DNA from: Perna viridis
Taxonomy: Eukaryota
Reading direction: 5' to 3'
Assembly (NCBI GenBank): GCA_037379345.1
Contig: CM074511.1
Location: 1,488,001-1,552,000 of the forward strand
Length of the DNA stretch: 64,000 nt
Both the position numbers and the translations under genes were made by a program. Below are positions 51,010 through 64,000 of the stretch, in pieces; positions within the stretch are counted from its first letter, which is position 1, and the number at the start of each line of letters is the position of its first letter. The notes under the pieces are model-generated. The model did not search any database. It was not told the origin of the DNA and saw only the letters and a program-made list of their open reading frames with translations.

Positions 51010-54000
51010 TCACCACAATAAAATCTAAGAAAATAAGTAAGATGTGGTAAAGCATAAGGATGAAGTTAACAATTAGTTAACTGTGCAACACGATTTTGAA
51101 TGAATATATTATCCTGCATATATAATTATAGGTTCCCATAGCAGCTGCTTACAAGAACATAAAAGATGACCAATACATGTTTACATCAAGCATCAAAGAC
51201 TTTTCTATCTTATCAATGAAAATGTTCACATGGCCACTACAGCTGCCAGTAAATGAAGTGGGTATAGTATCCAACAAATTGTAATCTCAGTCTACAAGTC
51301 ATAGACAAACCTAAAGATTAGATTAATCTTACAGTGATTTCTGGTTCTGGCTTTACTCAATACATCCATCATATTGACAAAGTATCATCAAAATTTGAAT
51401 TAAGAATTGGTTTCCAACAGAATCAAAGAGAAAAGTTATCTAAATGATTGATAGAATTACTATGGCCAAATACCTGCACTGGCTGAACTAATGAGCATAC
51501 CTGGTGATGTAGAACTTTTTTACAACAATGCAGACAGATCTAAAATGCACCATCATTCTATGGGGTAGCATTTATTCAGCCTTTGGTTCCAAAAAAAAAG
51601 AAGGCACCCCACCCCCTATTCAAATAATATAGTCATTTTCATTATTCAAACAGCATGGGTAAGTTATTGAGAAACCAAACCCTACCAATCCTTGACTCCT
51701 ACAACATGAAGATGCTGGAGTCAAACATCACACCATAACACAGCTATCACAGCATGTGTGTGGCTTCTAATTATTGACCAGTATCAGAAATCAGATAAAA
51801 CTGACCAAACCATCATGAATCATCCAAGACCATCAAGATAATTGGCAAATTACAATTCTAACCAGATTAGTAACACATCAGTTTGACCATCTCTGATGCA
51901 GCACATACAACTCTGCATAAAATCAGTGGACAAATCATTTCAGCCATCTTATCACATTATACTGACTAAAAGGTTCTGATTATGTAGATAAATACCTAAA
52001 GTTCTATTTAATCTTGAAACTTTTCTATTTTATAGTTAAAATAATCTACAGTAATTGTCCACCTAAACTCATAATAAAACAACAGGAAATTGTTCAAAGC
52101 ATAGTTTTAAAAGACCTTGATTATGATATTATGGCTTGTGTTTCTTCTTCTTGACAAACTTCAGTATTCTGTTTTAATTATGGTCAGAACTTTGGACCAA
52201 CTAAATGACATGGTCACATGGCTGATTCAATGGTAAATAAATGGAAATATTTTTATTTTCTAAAGTGCCATTACAGGAATTGAATTATTTAGTTTGCAGA
52301 CCCTCTTAATGCTTCTATGCTGGAACAAAGCATGTTAATGGAGGTGGTACAATGACTTAGTCCAGACATTGGATCATACAATTAATTTCATGCAAACCAT
52401 AAGAATTGAAGAAAATGTTTCTGTGACTTGCATTCAAAATATGTTCTAAAAAGATTCTTGATAGTGTCATCAAAAACCTGCAGAGTTATACTAACTCCTG
52501 AATCTTACTAAGTTCTAGCAAAGCCATGGAAAAACACAAAAGTACAAGTAATGACTAGTAACAAAACCTAAAATAGAGATATGATAGATATTCTCTAAAG
52601 TTTCCATAACCAATCACACTGATACTAATCAGACAGATAGAGTGCTGAGTCATCTCCTCTGTTCCAATTAATTCTCAAATCTTCAATATTTACATAGTCA
52701 TGACACATACATGTCACACTTTCAAAGCAATGAGCAATATTGTCCTATATTATACAGTCAAGTGTATTGGGGGAAAAAACTTAGAAGTTTTATACAAGTC
52801 TGCCTTCAATATTCAAAAGAGAAAGTTGTTATTGTGGTAAATATATAAATATCAAACTAGTATAACTTTAGGAGACATAAATAATGATGAAAAAAATGCT
52901 GAAGTTTGTGCATGATTGCAATTGCTCAAAGAGTTTTGAAAGTAAGTACACTTCAGTACATTTCATTTTCAGGATAAGCATGTATCAAATAAGTACTTTA
53001 AGTACATCCTGGTCCCAACACCATCAAAAACATTCAATTATATAACAAATAAAAAATAAAGCAAGAAATAAAAAATTGCCATCAAGAACAGGGTGTTGAT
53101 AAAATACAGCTGTCTTTGTTAAGAGTGAACATTACAAATTTATGATTCATACATGATACAGGTACTAAGTCGGTTACAAAAGATTCTGTCATGATGTGTT
53201 ACAACATACTCTTCTCCCATAACAAACTAGTTCTAAAATTTAAAAAATTAGCCCAGAAATACAACCACTTAAGAGCATCAACCCCAAAGCTCTGAATAGC
53301 ACAATTAAGGAAAGAAATTGCTCAAATTGTCAATGTTGACTTCAGTCTAAAAGAAGTTGACTCTTAGTGCTATCAGAGCTCTGGCATACTTGAAGAAGAA
53401 ATAAACAAAAGTTAAATGGAAGAATAAACACTGCCAATAGTGTTTGTCAACAGTCAGACATTTTATCTTCATGTACAGATAGTAAGTAGAGGTTAATAGG
53501 AAGTTATTGGTCATTAATTATAGACAAGCATTAAAGGAGGCTTTATTGACAGTGCATTGATTCTCACTAGATGATTGTAAACCCTGAGTAAATATTTAGT
53601 CTGTTATGATGAATGGGAGATTCACTGACTTGCCACCCTGTGAAGGGTAGTCCAGAAAAAAATTGTGAGAAGGCTGAGTTATAAAATTAAACAGGGTTTT
53701 GACAATGTGTCTCCTGAATGAAACTGGTATTTGATAATGGCACATTGCTTACAGCAATGAAAAGGTGCTTAAAAAAAATTGAAAAAAGTTGGGATTTTTT
53801 TTTGTCAAAAAATGGCACCACATGGCCAAATATATGTGTGCTGCTAAGCTGAACAAAATTATAGCTGCAGATAAGTTTCCCCTTACATCAGCATCATCAT
53901 AAAATTAGCACATTTTTGTTCATTATAAGTAAGACCTTTAACCACAACAAGTTGCAGTTCTATTGCTGATAACTTCAGATTATGAAATGGAAACACTTGA

Positions 54001-55458
54001 AAATACCATTAATTTTCAAGTAGAGCAGCTTGACTGACAGAAACTGTACAGACTGTTACACCATAAACACTACACTGCCATCAAAAATACAGATCTAAAG
54101 ATAAAATAACTCCCTCATGTCAAAAGACCCTTGGTGTTGATAGGTCGACATTAACAGTATTTTACTTTTAAAAGCTTTTTATAAAGAATACAGTGTCTTC
54201 ACAGCAAGCTTAGATTCATCAAGAAATGGCCATATTGATAAAAAGGATATATCATAAAACATGGTGGGGTGGAAGGAATATGCTAATAATATTTTCAAGA
54301 AGAAATTTAAGTTATCAACTGAAAGGTATGATGTGATATTAACTCATGGCTTAAATCAGGTTATAATAAACAAGTCAGATCTATTCAAAACACAACCTCT
54401 TAAATTTACTGATTCCTAACTCCATTCCACCTTTTACAATACTCCAGTTGTAGACTGAAAATCAACAAGCACATAACTGTTTGAAGTAGATAAGGCATTG
54501 ACAGAGTTTTAATCCATAAGTATATAGACAAATTAGTGAGGTAACAGTGCACTCTGTATTTCCATCAAATGCATAATATTCTCATTATAAAAACAACCTT
54601 GGCCTTGCTTAGACAATTCCATAGAGAGCAGTCTAACATAGATATATTAGGCCAAGCAGACAAAAAGGGTGAAATTACAGTTTCATGCAATAACCACCAA
54701 GCATATAGCATGAAATAGCCCAGACAAAGACAAATGAATTAACATTGAAGTACACAAATACATATTTTATTGGAGAATGTTGCTATTTTCTTAGAACAAG
54801 TGATAGCACTTTAGTTTTCAGTATTACACAAACAAACATTCATGATCAGATTGGTTTCTCATCTGGGCAACTTGAATGAAAACTCATCATGGGATGAGAG
54901 AATCTCTCAAACAGTCATCAATGAGGTTGGGAATTTACCTAGACTTACTAACTAAACACCAATCCAAAACAATCATGTTAATCATGTTACTGCTGAGCAT
55001 GCTTTTAGTGTAAATAAGTTCTTAAGTTTCAGCAAAATTCTTTCCCGTTGACAAGGCTTAATGTCAGACAAATAACAAAATTCTCTCTTATGTTAAAAAA
55101 AAGATACCACTTTAGATGATAAAACTTAATTTACAACTTTTTATACCTAACAAAAACCCATAATATTTTCAGCAGGAATGTGTATACATGGTAACTACCA
55201 CAGTAATATAAGTGGCAAACCACAAAGCAACTCAGTTTCAACAGAGGTACACATGAGTAGCAACCCACAAAGAAATTAAAACATTCATTTTCAACAGGGG
55301 TGGATATAAACTGCAACATAGAAACCAATGAAAACATTCATTTTTGGTAGATGAACCAATATAGCAATGAAAGCATTTATTTTCAATGTGGGTACTTATG
55401 AATGGCTAACCACAAAGCAATTTAAAACAAACTGGAAACATGAAGGTAAATGTGCCAC

Positions 55459-55832
55459 TAGAATCAGTGTGTGGGAAGACATTTATCTCTCTTACTGGGG
55501 TCAGTAAGTATCACTGACTACCAGAATCAGTGTGTGGGAAGACATCTATCTCTCTTACAGGGGTCGGTAAGTATCACTGACTACCAGAATCAGTGTGTGG
55601 GAAGACATCTATCTCTCTTACAGGGGTCAGTAAGTATAACTGACTACCAGAATCAGTGTGTGGGAAGACATCTATCTCTCTCTTACAGGGGTCAGTAAGT
55701 ATCACGGACTACCAGAATCAGTGTGTGGGAAGACATCTACCTCTCTTACAGGGGTCAGTAAGTATCACTGACTACCAGAATCAGTGTGTGTGAAGACATC
55801 TCTCTCTCTCTTACAGGGGTCAGTAAGTATCA
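55459..55832. repeat. Minisatellite, 63-bp unit (ccagaatcagtgtgtgggaagacatctatctctcttacaggggtcagtaagtatcactgacta), 6 copies
   Basis: Direct periodicity; 21-aa periodic ORF 55471-55698. Confidence 0.95.
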
Positions 55833-58800
55833 ATAGAAAATTTACCACTCTTCTGCAAATAACAAGTTTTATCTGCTAAATCTTTTGCCTCAATTTAACT
55901 GAACAATTTTGATGTAATTTGTTAATAGGAGAAAGTATTTCCCATCTTGGCTAGTTGGCAGCAAGGGACTAATTTGGCAGCTGTTTACTTTATTCAAAAG
56001 ACAATTTACATAAAATCATCATTTTTATAATATTATACAATTCCCTGATAGTATCAATATAATAATTATTCATCTGAAGGCTATTTTGTATACTATTAAA
56101 AATACAATTTCCAATAAAAAAAACTGTATTTGAAATACTCCTGCAAAAGGCAAAGAACCTATTTTTACTACATACACTAGAGTATTTAAAAAAAACTCAT
56201 TTTTTATAATAGTGATTGTTTTTTATTCAAATTTCCTTTTCTGATAGGTTTGGACCTTTTTAATCATTTTTCAACATTAGCATAGATTTTTTTATACACA
56301 GTAATTTAATTCCTTTTATGACTTATCTGATGCATTTTCAACTAAACAAAATTTCCCAAAGTAAACAGTTCCTGTACCTGGATGAAAAAATCACATTAAT
56401 GTACATCTAATTCTTATAAATATTTAATTACACTATTACAACCAAAATGTTTAACAAGTACAGCTCATAAAGAGACTCAATTATTCAGAACTCTACAAAG
56501 GCAATGTGGGAATACTCATTTCAGTTTTCATATATTGTCATAACTTAATACAGTTAAGTTGCATCTTTCATCTTATTAACTCTGTCACCCATAACATAAT
56601 AAATAAATATTAAAACAATGTGACCACCAAGAAATAAATTTCTACAAAATCTGAGAGAGGCCCAACCGTAATGGCTGCTAATTGCATCCAATCTGTAATT
56701 AATTTGTTATGACTACTACACAAAAAGCAAGTGGGACTTCAGCTGGAATTTTAATGTATTTTGCAAACACAACTTATTCAAAAGTTCTGGTAATAGAATC
56801 ATTACTTGCTTAAGGGTTTAAGGTACAGTAAAGAATATGAAGAAGTTAAGAAGTGTAGACTGTAAACTCTTTATGTCTCCAAATATTCAGTATCAGTCTT
56901 TATAAAAAAAATCAGAGAGGAGCTGATTCATGCATGTCAAAGGCCTACCAACTTAACTTTTATTTCTTATTCAATATCAGTTACAAACTATATAATCAAT
57001 GGGTGTTGCACTTTTGAAATAAAATTTATATAGAGTGTACATGAAATTAACATTTTGTAAGAGTTATCGTTCTTGATTTGCTTTGATTTGGTTGAAAATA
57101 TATTATTTTGACTTGAACCAGACCTACATATGTTAAATCAATTTCAATTTGTCATAAACTTATTGGGTTTGTCAATTAAAAACAACAGCTTGATCTATCC
57201 TCAAAATTCACAATGTCAATGACTTCTGTCTGATACAATTCTTCTATGACTGTTTTATATGCCTTGTGTCCTATATTGTCATTTTTGTTCATTTCCATTC
57301 CAAGCATGGAAAAAGCCCTTCAGAAGTCTGAGACAGTTCTATTAGACAATATACAATGAACAGGGCTAATATTAAGACCAAGAAAACATCTGTTCCATGG
57401 CAAAGAGTGCCAGTGATCCAGACATTGGAAAACATCTGTTCTATGCAGAAAAGTACATGAAGCTGTTGCATTGAGTGATTTTTATAAACAATTGATTGAG
57501 TTTATTCGTGTGCATCCAGCCACATCCATACCCTACTGCTTCATAATAGTCAATTAAAATTAAAACACACATTAAGGATACAAATCAATATAAGATTCCA
57601 TTGAAATTCAAATAGAAGCAATATTTCAGTAATTTGGAAAAGTGTGGAGAGAAAATAACATGCTGTGAACAAGCATTATTATAATGAAAGCAGAATAATC
57701 AATGAAAACAAAATAACATGACAGGAACTGTATGAAAATCATGTGGTTAGGATTGCTCCTAGTAACCATTAAATAGAAATTAGTTATGATTCGTATTGTT
57801 TTTAATCATGTATCTTCACTTTGAAGTTAAAATTTGTTTTATTTATAATCACCTAGAGCATAGCTTTGAAGTACTTTGGTAATTACATTTGTTAGTAATC
57901 TTTATTAGAGACTTGGCTTTATTAAGCTTTAATACTTTGATGTCCTCAGAAATATTGCTGTGAACAATTTTATATGCTTTGACAAAAACTATGTAATAAT
58001 ATGCTTAACAAAGAAGTAACATAGTTAGTGTCTACACAAAATGTACCAGTCAAAAACAAAATATTTATCTCCTGACAAATTGTTCATTTCAAAATGCATT
58101 CTTCACAGTATACAACAGCCTCCTGTTTAACAGAAATATTTCTGTTGAGAAAAGTGCATGAAAACAATGGAATTAACAAAACTCTAGAAACAAAGACACT
58201 GACAGCCATGAAAAGTCAACAAAGAGAAGCCTGCATGGACTGAGGAAGTCCTTCCATCAGTATAACACACGATCTATTGTTGTTTATACTGATTTTTATC
58301 CCATCAGGGAAGTATGGTTGCTTTGAATTATTTTTTATTACCATGGCTTATGTAAATAAGATCAAAGCTTACATTGTAACATCAGCTTAATGAAGTTTGT
58401 ATTGCTGGGAGTTCTTGGTTTTCCAAATTAACAAAGCATTGATCAAAATTCAAAGTAACAACTCATGAGAAAGGCAGGTTTATAAATTACTGGCCAAGTT
58501 AGCTTGTTTGTCTTGTAATGAGCACTTGTATTGTCTTAGCAAGTATTTTTAATGATGTTTAATTAACTTGTGATGTGATGCCAAGTGTGATGTAACTATG
58601 TTTAGTTAACATAGGCTCAAGTGATGGACTTATTTTGAAGTACCAGTACCTAAAAATGTTAACTATAAGAATAGGTTCAAACTACAAAAATATCTAAAAG
58701 CCTTGGCAAATTTACTTGCACAGCATTTAGCCATTTTAGAGGTATTTTCAAAAGAGAGTTGAGCACTTTATCTAAACCTAACAGCTATTATTTTTTCCGA

Positions 58801-61800
58801 GTTTTTTTTCTGAAACTGCTGCTTTGACATCACACTTCTTCATGAGTAAAAGTCAAGTGTGGCCGTGACAGGATAAGAAGTAGGTAAAACATCCAAGTTC
58901 ATTCACCAATATTTGTTCAGAAAGCATGAAGATAACCAAAGCTTTGTAACATCAATACCTATAGGCACATACAGATACTGAGATGCTGCACCAACAATCA
59001 GCTGATTTTTATGACAAATCAAAACTATGTACAGGTGTTTCAGGGTTTATTTATAAACATATTGGCATCATATCAACACCCCAGATAAACGTGATGATGT
59101 AAACAGCATTCTGGTGATGTGAATAAGTTTTAATCTATGTAGCAGGCTGGTGTGTCTTGGGAAAGATTTTTTAACACAAGTTGTTCAGTTTAAAAGAAAG
59201 TTCAATTCTTGACACAAGGATGTGAGTGAGGTCTTGAGAAAGATATTTCTACATAAAGTGTTATTCAGTTCTTCAAAATAGAGGCACTAGATTTTGTGAA
59301 AGGTAAACTCTTCATTGGTCCACCCTCTGCAGAAAAAAAAAATTGTAAAATCATGGTGTCAAAAGGTTGGCTTGTCAGTACTAAACATTCTTCACTCCAA
59401 GCAGTCAAAGATCTTCCATCTTTGTATCAGGTTAGGCATGTATACATGTACACTGCACCTGTGTTATATAAGTTACACTCAGCTTACCAATATGGCTGAC
59501 TTTAGTGAAAAGTATGAGTTAAGTTTGGCTTTTAGTAAAGACAAGGGGATTTTTGTGGAAAGGATGTCTAGATACTTCAATGAAATGTTTTAATCCACCA
59601 GTTTACATATCCTTTGATAGACAGTTGTATAAAGGATGTTTTGTTTACCTAATGGTACAAGAGATATACATCAAATCTATTGGTGATTTACAGACAAATC
59701 TAATCACAATCTAGTTTCAACATGAATTTGCAATATCTATGAACAATGAATAAAACAATATTGGAAACTCAAACAAAAGTTGTCCTTTCATGAAGTAGTC
59801 ATATATATCTCATGAAATAACAGTGGATCTTTTGTATGATTTAATTTCTCTATTACAAAGCAATATGCTGATGCAGCATGCACTTCCAGAGTTCATCTAG
59901 TTAGAAGAGTAAAAGACTCATTTTTATCTCCCAGATCATGTATCAAACAAAATAAACTCATCTAAATTAAAATCTCAAATTTAATTTTAAATGATCATAT
60001 GAAAAAAAACTAGATTTGCACCTGTTTCACTCATTTCAAAATTTGAGCATCAAAGTGTTAGTTACCTGTCAAAGTGTGTTTAGAAGTACCTCTTATCATC
60101 TTCAATGTACTTCAAACTATTATTTATATAATATAAAACACACATTAGACATCAGAAATAAGTACTTACAGGAGCCTGATTTATAGTCACATAGTCAAGC
60201 TACATGCACATCTAGTGAACTTTCACACCTGAGTTTTACTTTTATTAGAATTTATAGAAAAAAATGCAAAATTCATTGTGAAGCCATGGTACACAATGGT
60301 ACTACATTCAAAACTAAAAGCAACACTATTAAAATTATCTTAATTTGATATTATGTTGAACTTAAAGGGAATCATGTACATGTAACATATATATATGAAT
60401 GAAAATACTGTAAAAGTGAATTTTCTGCTCTTTGACATTTGGCCTCTTACATACGACGGTACATAATGATGAGTATACATTAATATAAAGTTGGAAGCTC
60501 TTGCTCTTCATCAAACGATTGTGTGCAAAAATCACATCCAGACATAGATCTTATTGTGTTTATCCAGCAATTTTCAAAACTTAAAATCAGCAAAGCAGAA
60601 AAACTTCTATAGTGTGAAATTGAAAACCAAATACAAATGTATTAATCCTTAAATCAAGTATATGTCTAGCAAAAAATATTTAGATTAAAATAAAAAGGTT
60701 TCTCATATAAAGACAAATATGGTATAAACCAGCCTTAAGATTCGACAAACAAAGTTTTTGCCTAATCAATTATGATAACCATCATCTATAAAAAGTTTTT
60801 ATCCATCATTAGCACTTTTGTTTTTCAGCTGTCTTCAGAGAACTGCCAGTTAACACCTTCAGCAGGAAAATCAATGAATCTCACAGGGAGACTTGTGTTC
60901 AAACAAGAAATGATGCCAATTATATCTACTGTTTTATTGAGTTTGATATGTCAAGTAAGACAGTATGGACAAGGAACAAATTCAATAGAGAAAACATTTT
61001 ATCGCTTTCATCTCAAAATTTTCTGCTCCACCAGACGAAGAGATCCTTTTATTCCGCTATTTTCCATTGTGTCACACTGCCGAAGTAACTCATCTGATGC
61101 AACACATAAATGTTTTAAACTACTCAATGTTATCCTAGCCATTTGATATTGAAGTTTTTTTAAACAGATAGATCTAAACGTCACAGATATATCAATAGAT
61201 TGTTCATTGAGAATACTCAATTATTTATATAAATGTCAAAATCTACTCCAAAATTTCTTACCTTCAGAAACTTGAATATACCTTACATAATTTGTTTTGT
61301 CAAACATATGAATAACCAAAACATATTCATTGATATTTTTATAAAACATTTTTTTACTTTCCGTATTTTTAAAAACCTGCATGTAAAAGTAGGGACCAGA
61401 GAGCCAGCAACAATCATATATGTACAAGTAATATGTAAGGATAATTTGTCATGTTGATTTATTTTCCCGGATTCTAGTAGTTTAATAAAACAAGAAGTTG
61501 ATATCAATTCAGTCTGAAAACAAATCCAACAATATGGCATGCCTATAGCTTGTGTCAAATGTAAAGTGCCTGTGATAAGTAGTCGCAGAAATAACTTAAA
61601 TGAAAAAGTTGATAAAGAACCAACCAATGAGCAGACATACAAACACCAAGATCACTATAAATGTATCTCCCGAAAAGCTGGAGTTATAAAGATAAACATG
61701 TAAAACTAAATATGGAATCCTGAAACTAACAAATACCATGTACCATTTCCTAAATTTATGGTCAGATATTGTTTGCTTTCAGTAAGTTTGACAGCTGTTT

Positions 61801-62529
61801 AACCTGATGATGAACTATTTATTAACCTTTGAAGTGAATGTCAAATTGGTACAATACCAATACTGTCCTCAGAACTGAGTCACCCATCATGTTTCCAAAA
61901 TCAGGTACAATGTCAACCACTGCAATTCTGAAATAAGGACTCCTCACTTTTCCATTAAACAAGGACTATTCCAACCATTGATAAAGACATTTTTAATCTT
62001 ATCCTAAAGAATTATATCAAATAGCCAAGGTCACAATTCATGTACATGTATGACAATAAACCTTCTAACCTCTAAATAACATGACAAATACATGCATATC
62101 ATTTCCCTTAAAAACTGTGAAAACTGTAGTTTGGGTTTTTGAACACCAGATCCATGGTTTAGATAATTGTATGAACTGTCCTAGAAAATAATTAGTAATG
62201 TTTGCATTGTTCATCAACTCAGTAACCTACCTTTTTATTGGTCATTATAATCAAATGTTTCTCATCCATATCAAACACCATATCTTCATGTATCCTTGCC
62301 CCAGGTTCTACAACCAAGTCTTCATACATATGGGCAAGTGTCTGTGACTCTATAGCTACCTAAAATAAAAAACAAAATATATATAAGCTTTAGGTGTTAC
62401 GACTAAGTACTGGTTTATTTCAGTATAAGCTTCCATTCAAAATAAAAATATTTCCAAGACATTACAAAAACACTGACTACATAAATCAGAATATGTTAGG
62501 GGTATTTAATGAAGAACAAAACACAAAGT

Positions 62530-62628
62530 TACCTATCAAGGTATTACTTATCAATGTTCAGTTCTGTTACAATGTACCTATCAAGGTATTACTTATCAAT
62601 GTTCAGTTCTGTTACAATGTACCTATCA
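62530..62628. repeat. Exact tandem duplication, about 45 bp x2
   Basis: acctatcaaggtattacttatcaatgttcagttctgttacaatgt occurs twice. Confidence 0.9.
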
Positions 62629-63540
62629 TGAAATCTTCATGCCATAAAGATAACAGCATAAAGTTTGTGATTTTTATGGTTCCTCATTCATCATATTTCT
62701 GAATTCATATTGTTTTATACATGATAATGAATACCTGTGAAATGCATCACACATGTCAGTGTCAAACTTATACACATGTATATGTACATTTTAGACTCCA
62801 ATACAGTTACATGTACATGTAGCATCTTCAGTTCATCAAACGAGAAGATTTTGGCATAGCACTAAGCTAATATGCTACAAGTTCATGTGGAACTGAGTTT
62901 CATTGTAACATACCATGTAGAATATACTCAGCACTTGCATGAATACCCAGTTATATCAGAACTAGTTAAAGGGTATACATATGACATGTGGATGAATAAG
63001 GAATGTTTTAGTGACATCCTGTTCAAGTTAAAAAAAAATAATTGAGATTTGGAAATGGTCTTTTTGAAAAACTGAACTTTCCACTGCATTGATAGCACTG
63101 ATATTAGAGATAGAGAAACTCTAATTGAAACCAGGTTTGTTGTTATGTTTACTGACCAGACACATGTATCTGTTAAAGCCCTGACATCTACATGTACAGC
63201 AATGATAACAGAGAACATCAATAAGTTGCTAAACTTCTGATTCTATCTCAACAATCTAAATGTACTCCCAGCAGTTGTCTTACTATTCTCTTGCTTATTT
63301 TTATCTTGAAATAACAATCAAAGAATATATGGGCCAAAAATACCTAAAAATAATACCACATAGCATGAAGACGGCCAAAAAAAATATTCCATAGGCATGC
63401 AATAAAGTTAAATATAAATTATTTAAACTCTGCGCAAATGCCATCCCCCCCCCAAAAAACCACTCCCAAATACAGAAACCATATGGTCAAAAAATTAACA
63501 GTCAGTTGGCAAAGCTTCTGTCAGCAATGGAATTTCATAT

Positions 63541-63944
63541 CAGTGATTTTGTTCTTGATTTTAAATGCAGCCCCAACCCTTTATTTTTGGGAAATTTTTG
63601 CCGTATTTTTAATACATTGGGAAAATATGGTATGAGGGACAGAAACATGTCACATGCCGATCCGGAACTGAAAACTGACACCGAACTGACAAATATGTAC
63701 TCCTAATATTCATTAGGTTACAACTTAAAGAAAAAACATTCCCAAGAAGTGAACAAAGTACCAGGCCCAGAAATTACGTCTTAATAAATTTTTCACTGGC
63801 TTCTTTATTTGGTTTTCAAAAAATTATGCCGGACAATAGGGAGTTTTCCTCCCTTTGGGAAAAATATTTTTTCAACATATTGGGAAAAGTCCCCAGGGAA
63901 AATAGCCGATATTCGGTTGCAATAAAAGGGTAACAAAATCACTG
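63541..63944. mobile_element. hAT-like MITE, 404 bp
   Basis: Perfect 13-bp TIR cagtgattttgtt (63541-53) / aacaaaatcactg (63932-44), imperfectly extending to tgca(g/a)cc; interior retains CpGs; no clear 8-bp TSD. Confidence 0.6.
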
Positions 63945-64000
63945 CACATGGCATGCATTTTGTCAGAAATGGATTTCAATGATATGGCATGTCTATATAA

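Noticed and set aside
59488-59567. Minus-strand ag..gtaagc segment as the missing upstream Sema exon
   Set aside because: Phase-0 translation (..STKIPLSLLKAKLNSYFSLKSAIL) does not resemble the end of a Sema domain and the acceptor is weak
60164-60215. Minus-strand gtaagt donor as an upstream plexin exon
   Set aside because: In-frame stop 11 codons upstream in the required phase; no plexin similarity
61008-61220. Minus-strand ORF (MARITLSSLKHLC..) as an alternative first coding exon of plexin
   Set aside because: Ends in a stop with no suitable donor, has no signal peptide and no recognisable domain

Overview
AT-rich, CpG-poor eukaryotic DNA. The repeat content resembles, from memory, bivalve/Mytilus genomes. 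The window contains no prokaryotic features. It lies within one large minus-strand gene, a plexin-A-like semaphorin receptor. I reconstructed 11 GT-AG exons by hand (35672 down to 1; 1389 nt, 463 codons, all splice phases consistent, no stops). They encode PSI1-IPT1-PSI2-IPT2-PSI3-IPT3 of the ectodomain. The Sema-domain exons lie beyond 64000 (upstream intron apparently >28 kb) and the 3' part lies beyond position 1. The introns hold about 15 unrelated minisatellites, a decayed CR1/L2-type LINE, a Penelope-like RT remnant, a tRNA-derived SINE, several MITEs and a Helentron-type non-autonomous element (HINE) in a three-level nested insertion. Most unusual: two tandem arrays are amplified copies of this gene's own exon/donor junctions, and a third array consists of units shaped like acceptor + 6-nt microexon + donor on the antisense strand. 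Nearly all ORF-track entries are intronic noise or minisatellite read-through.
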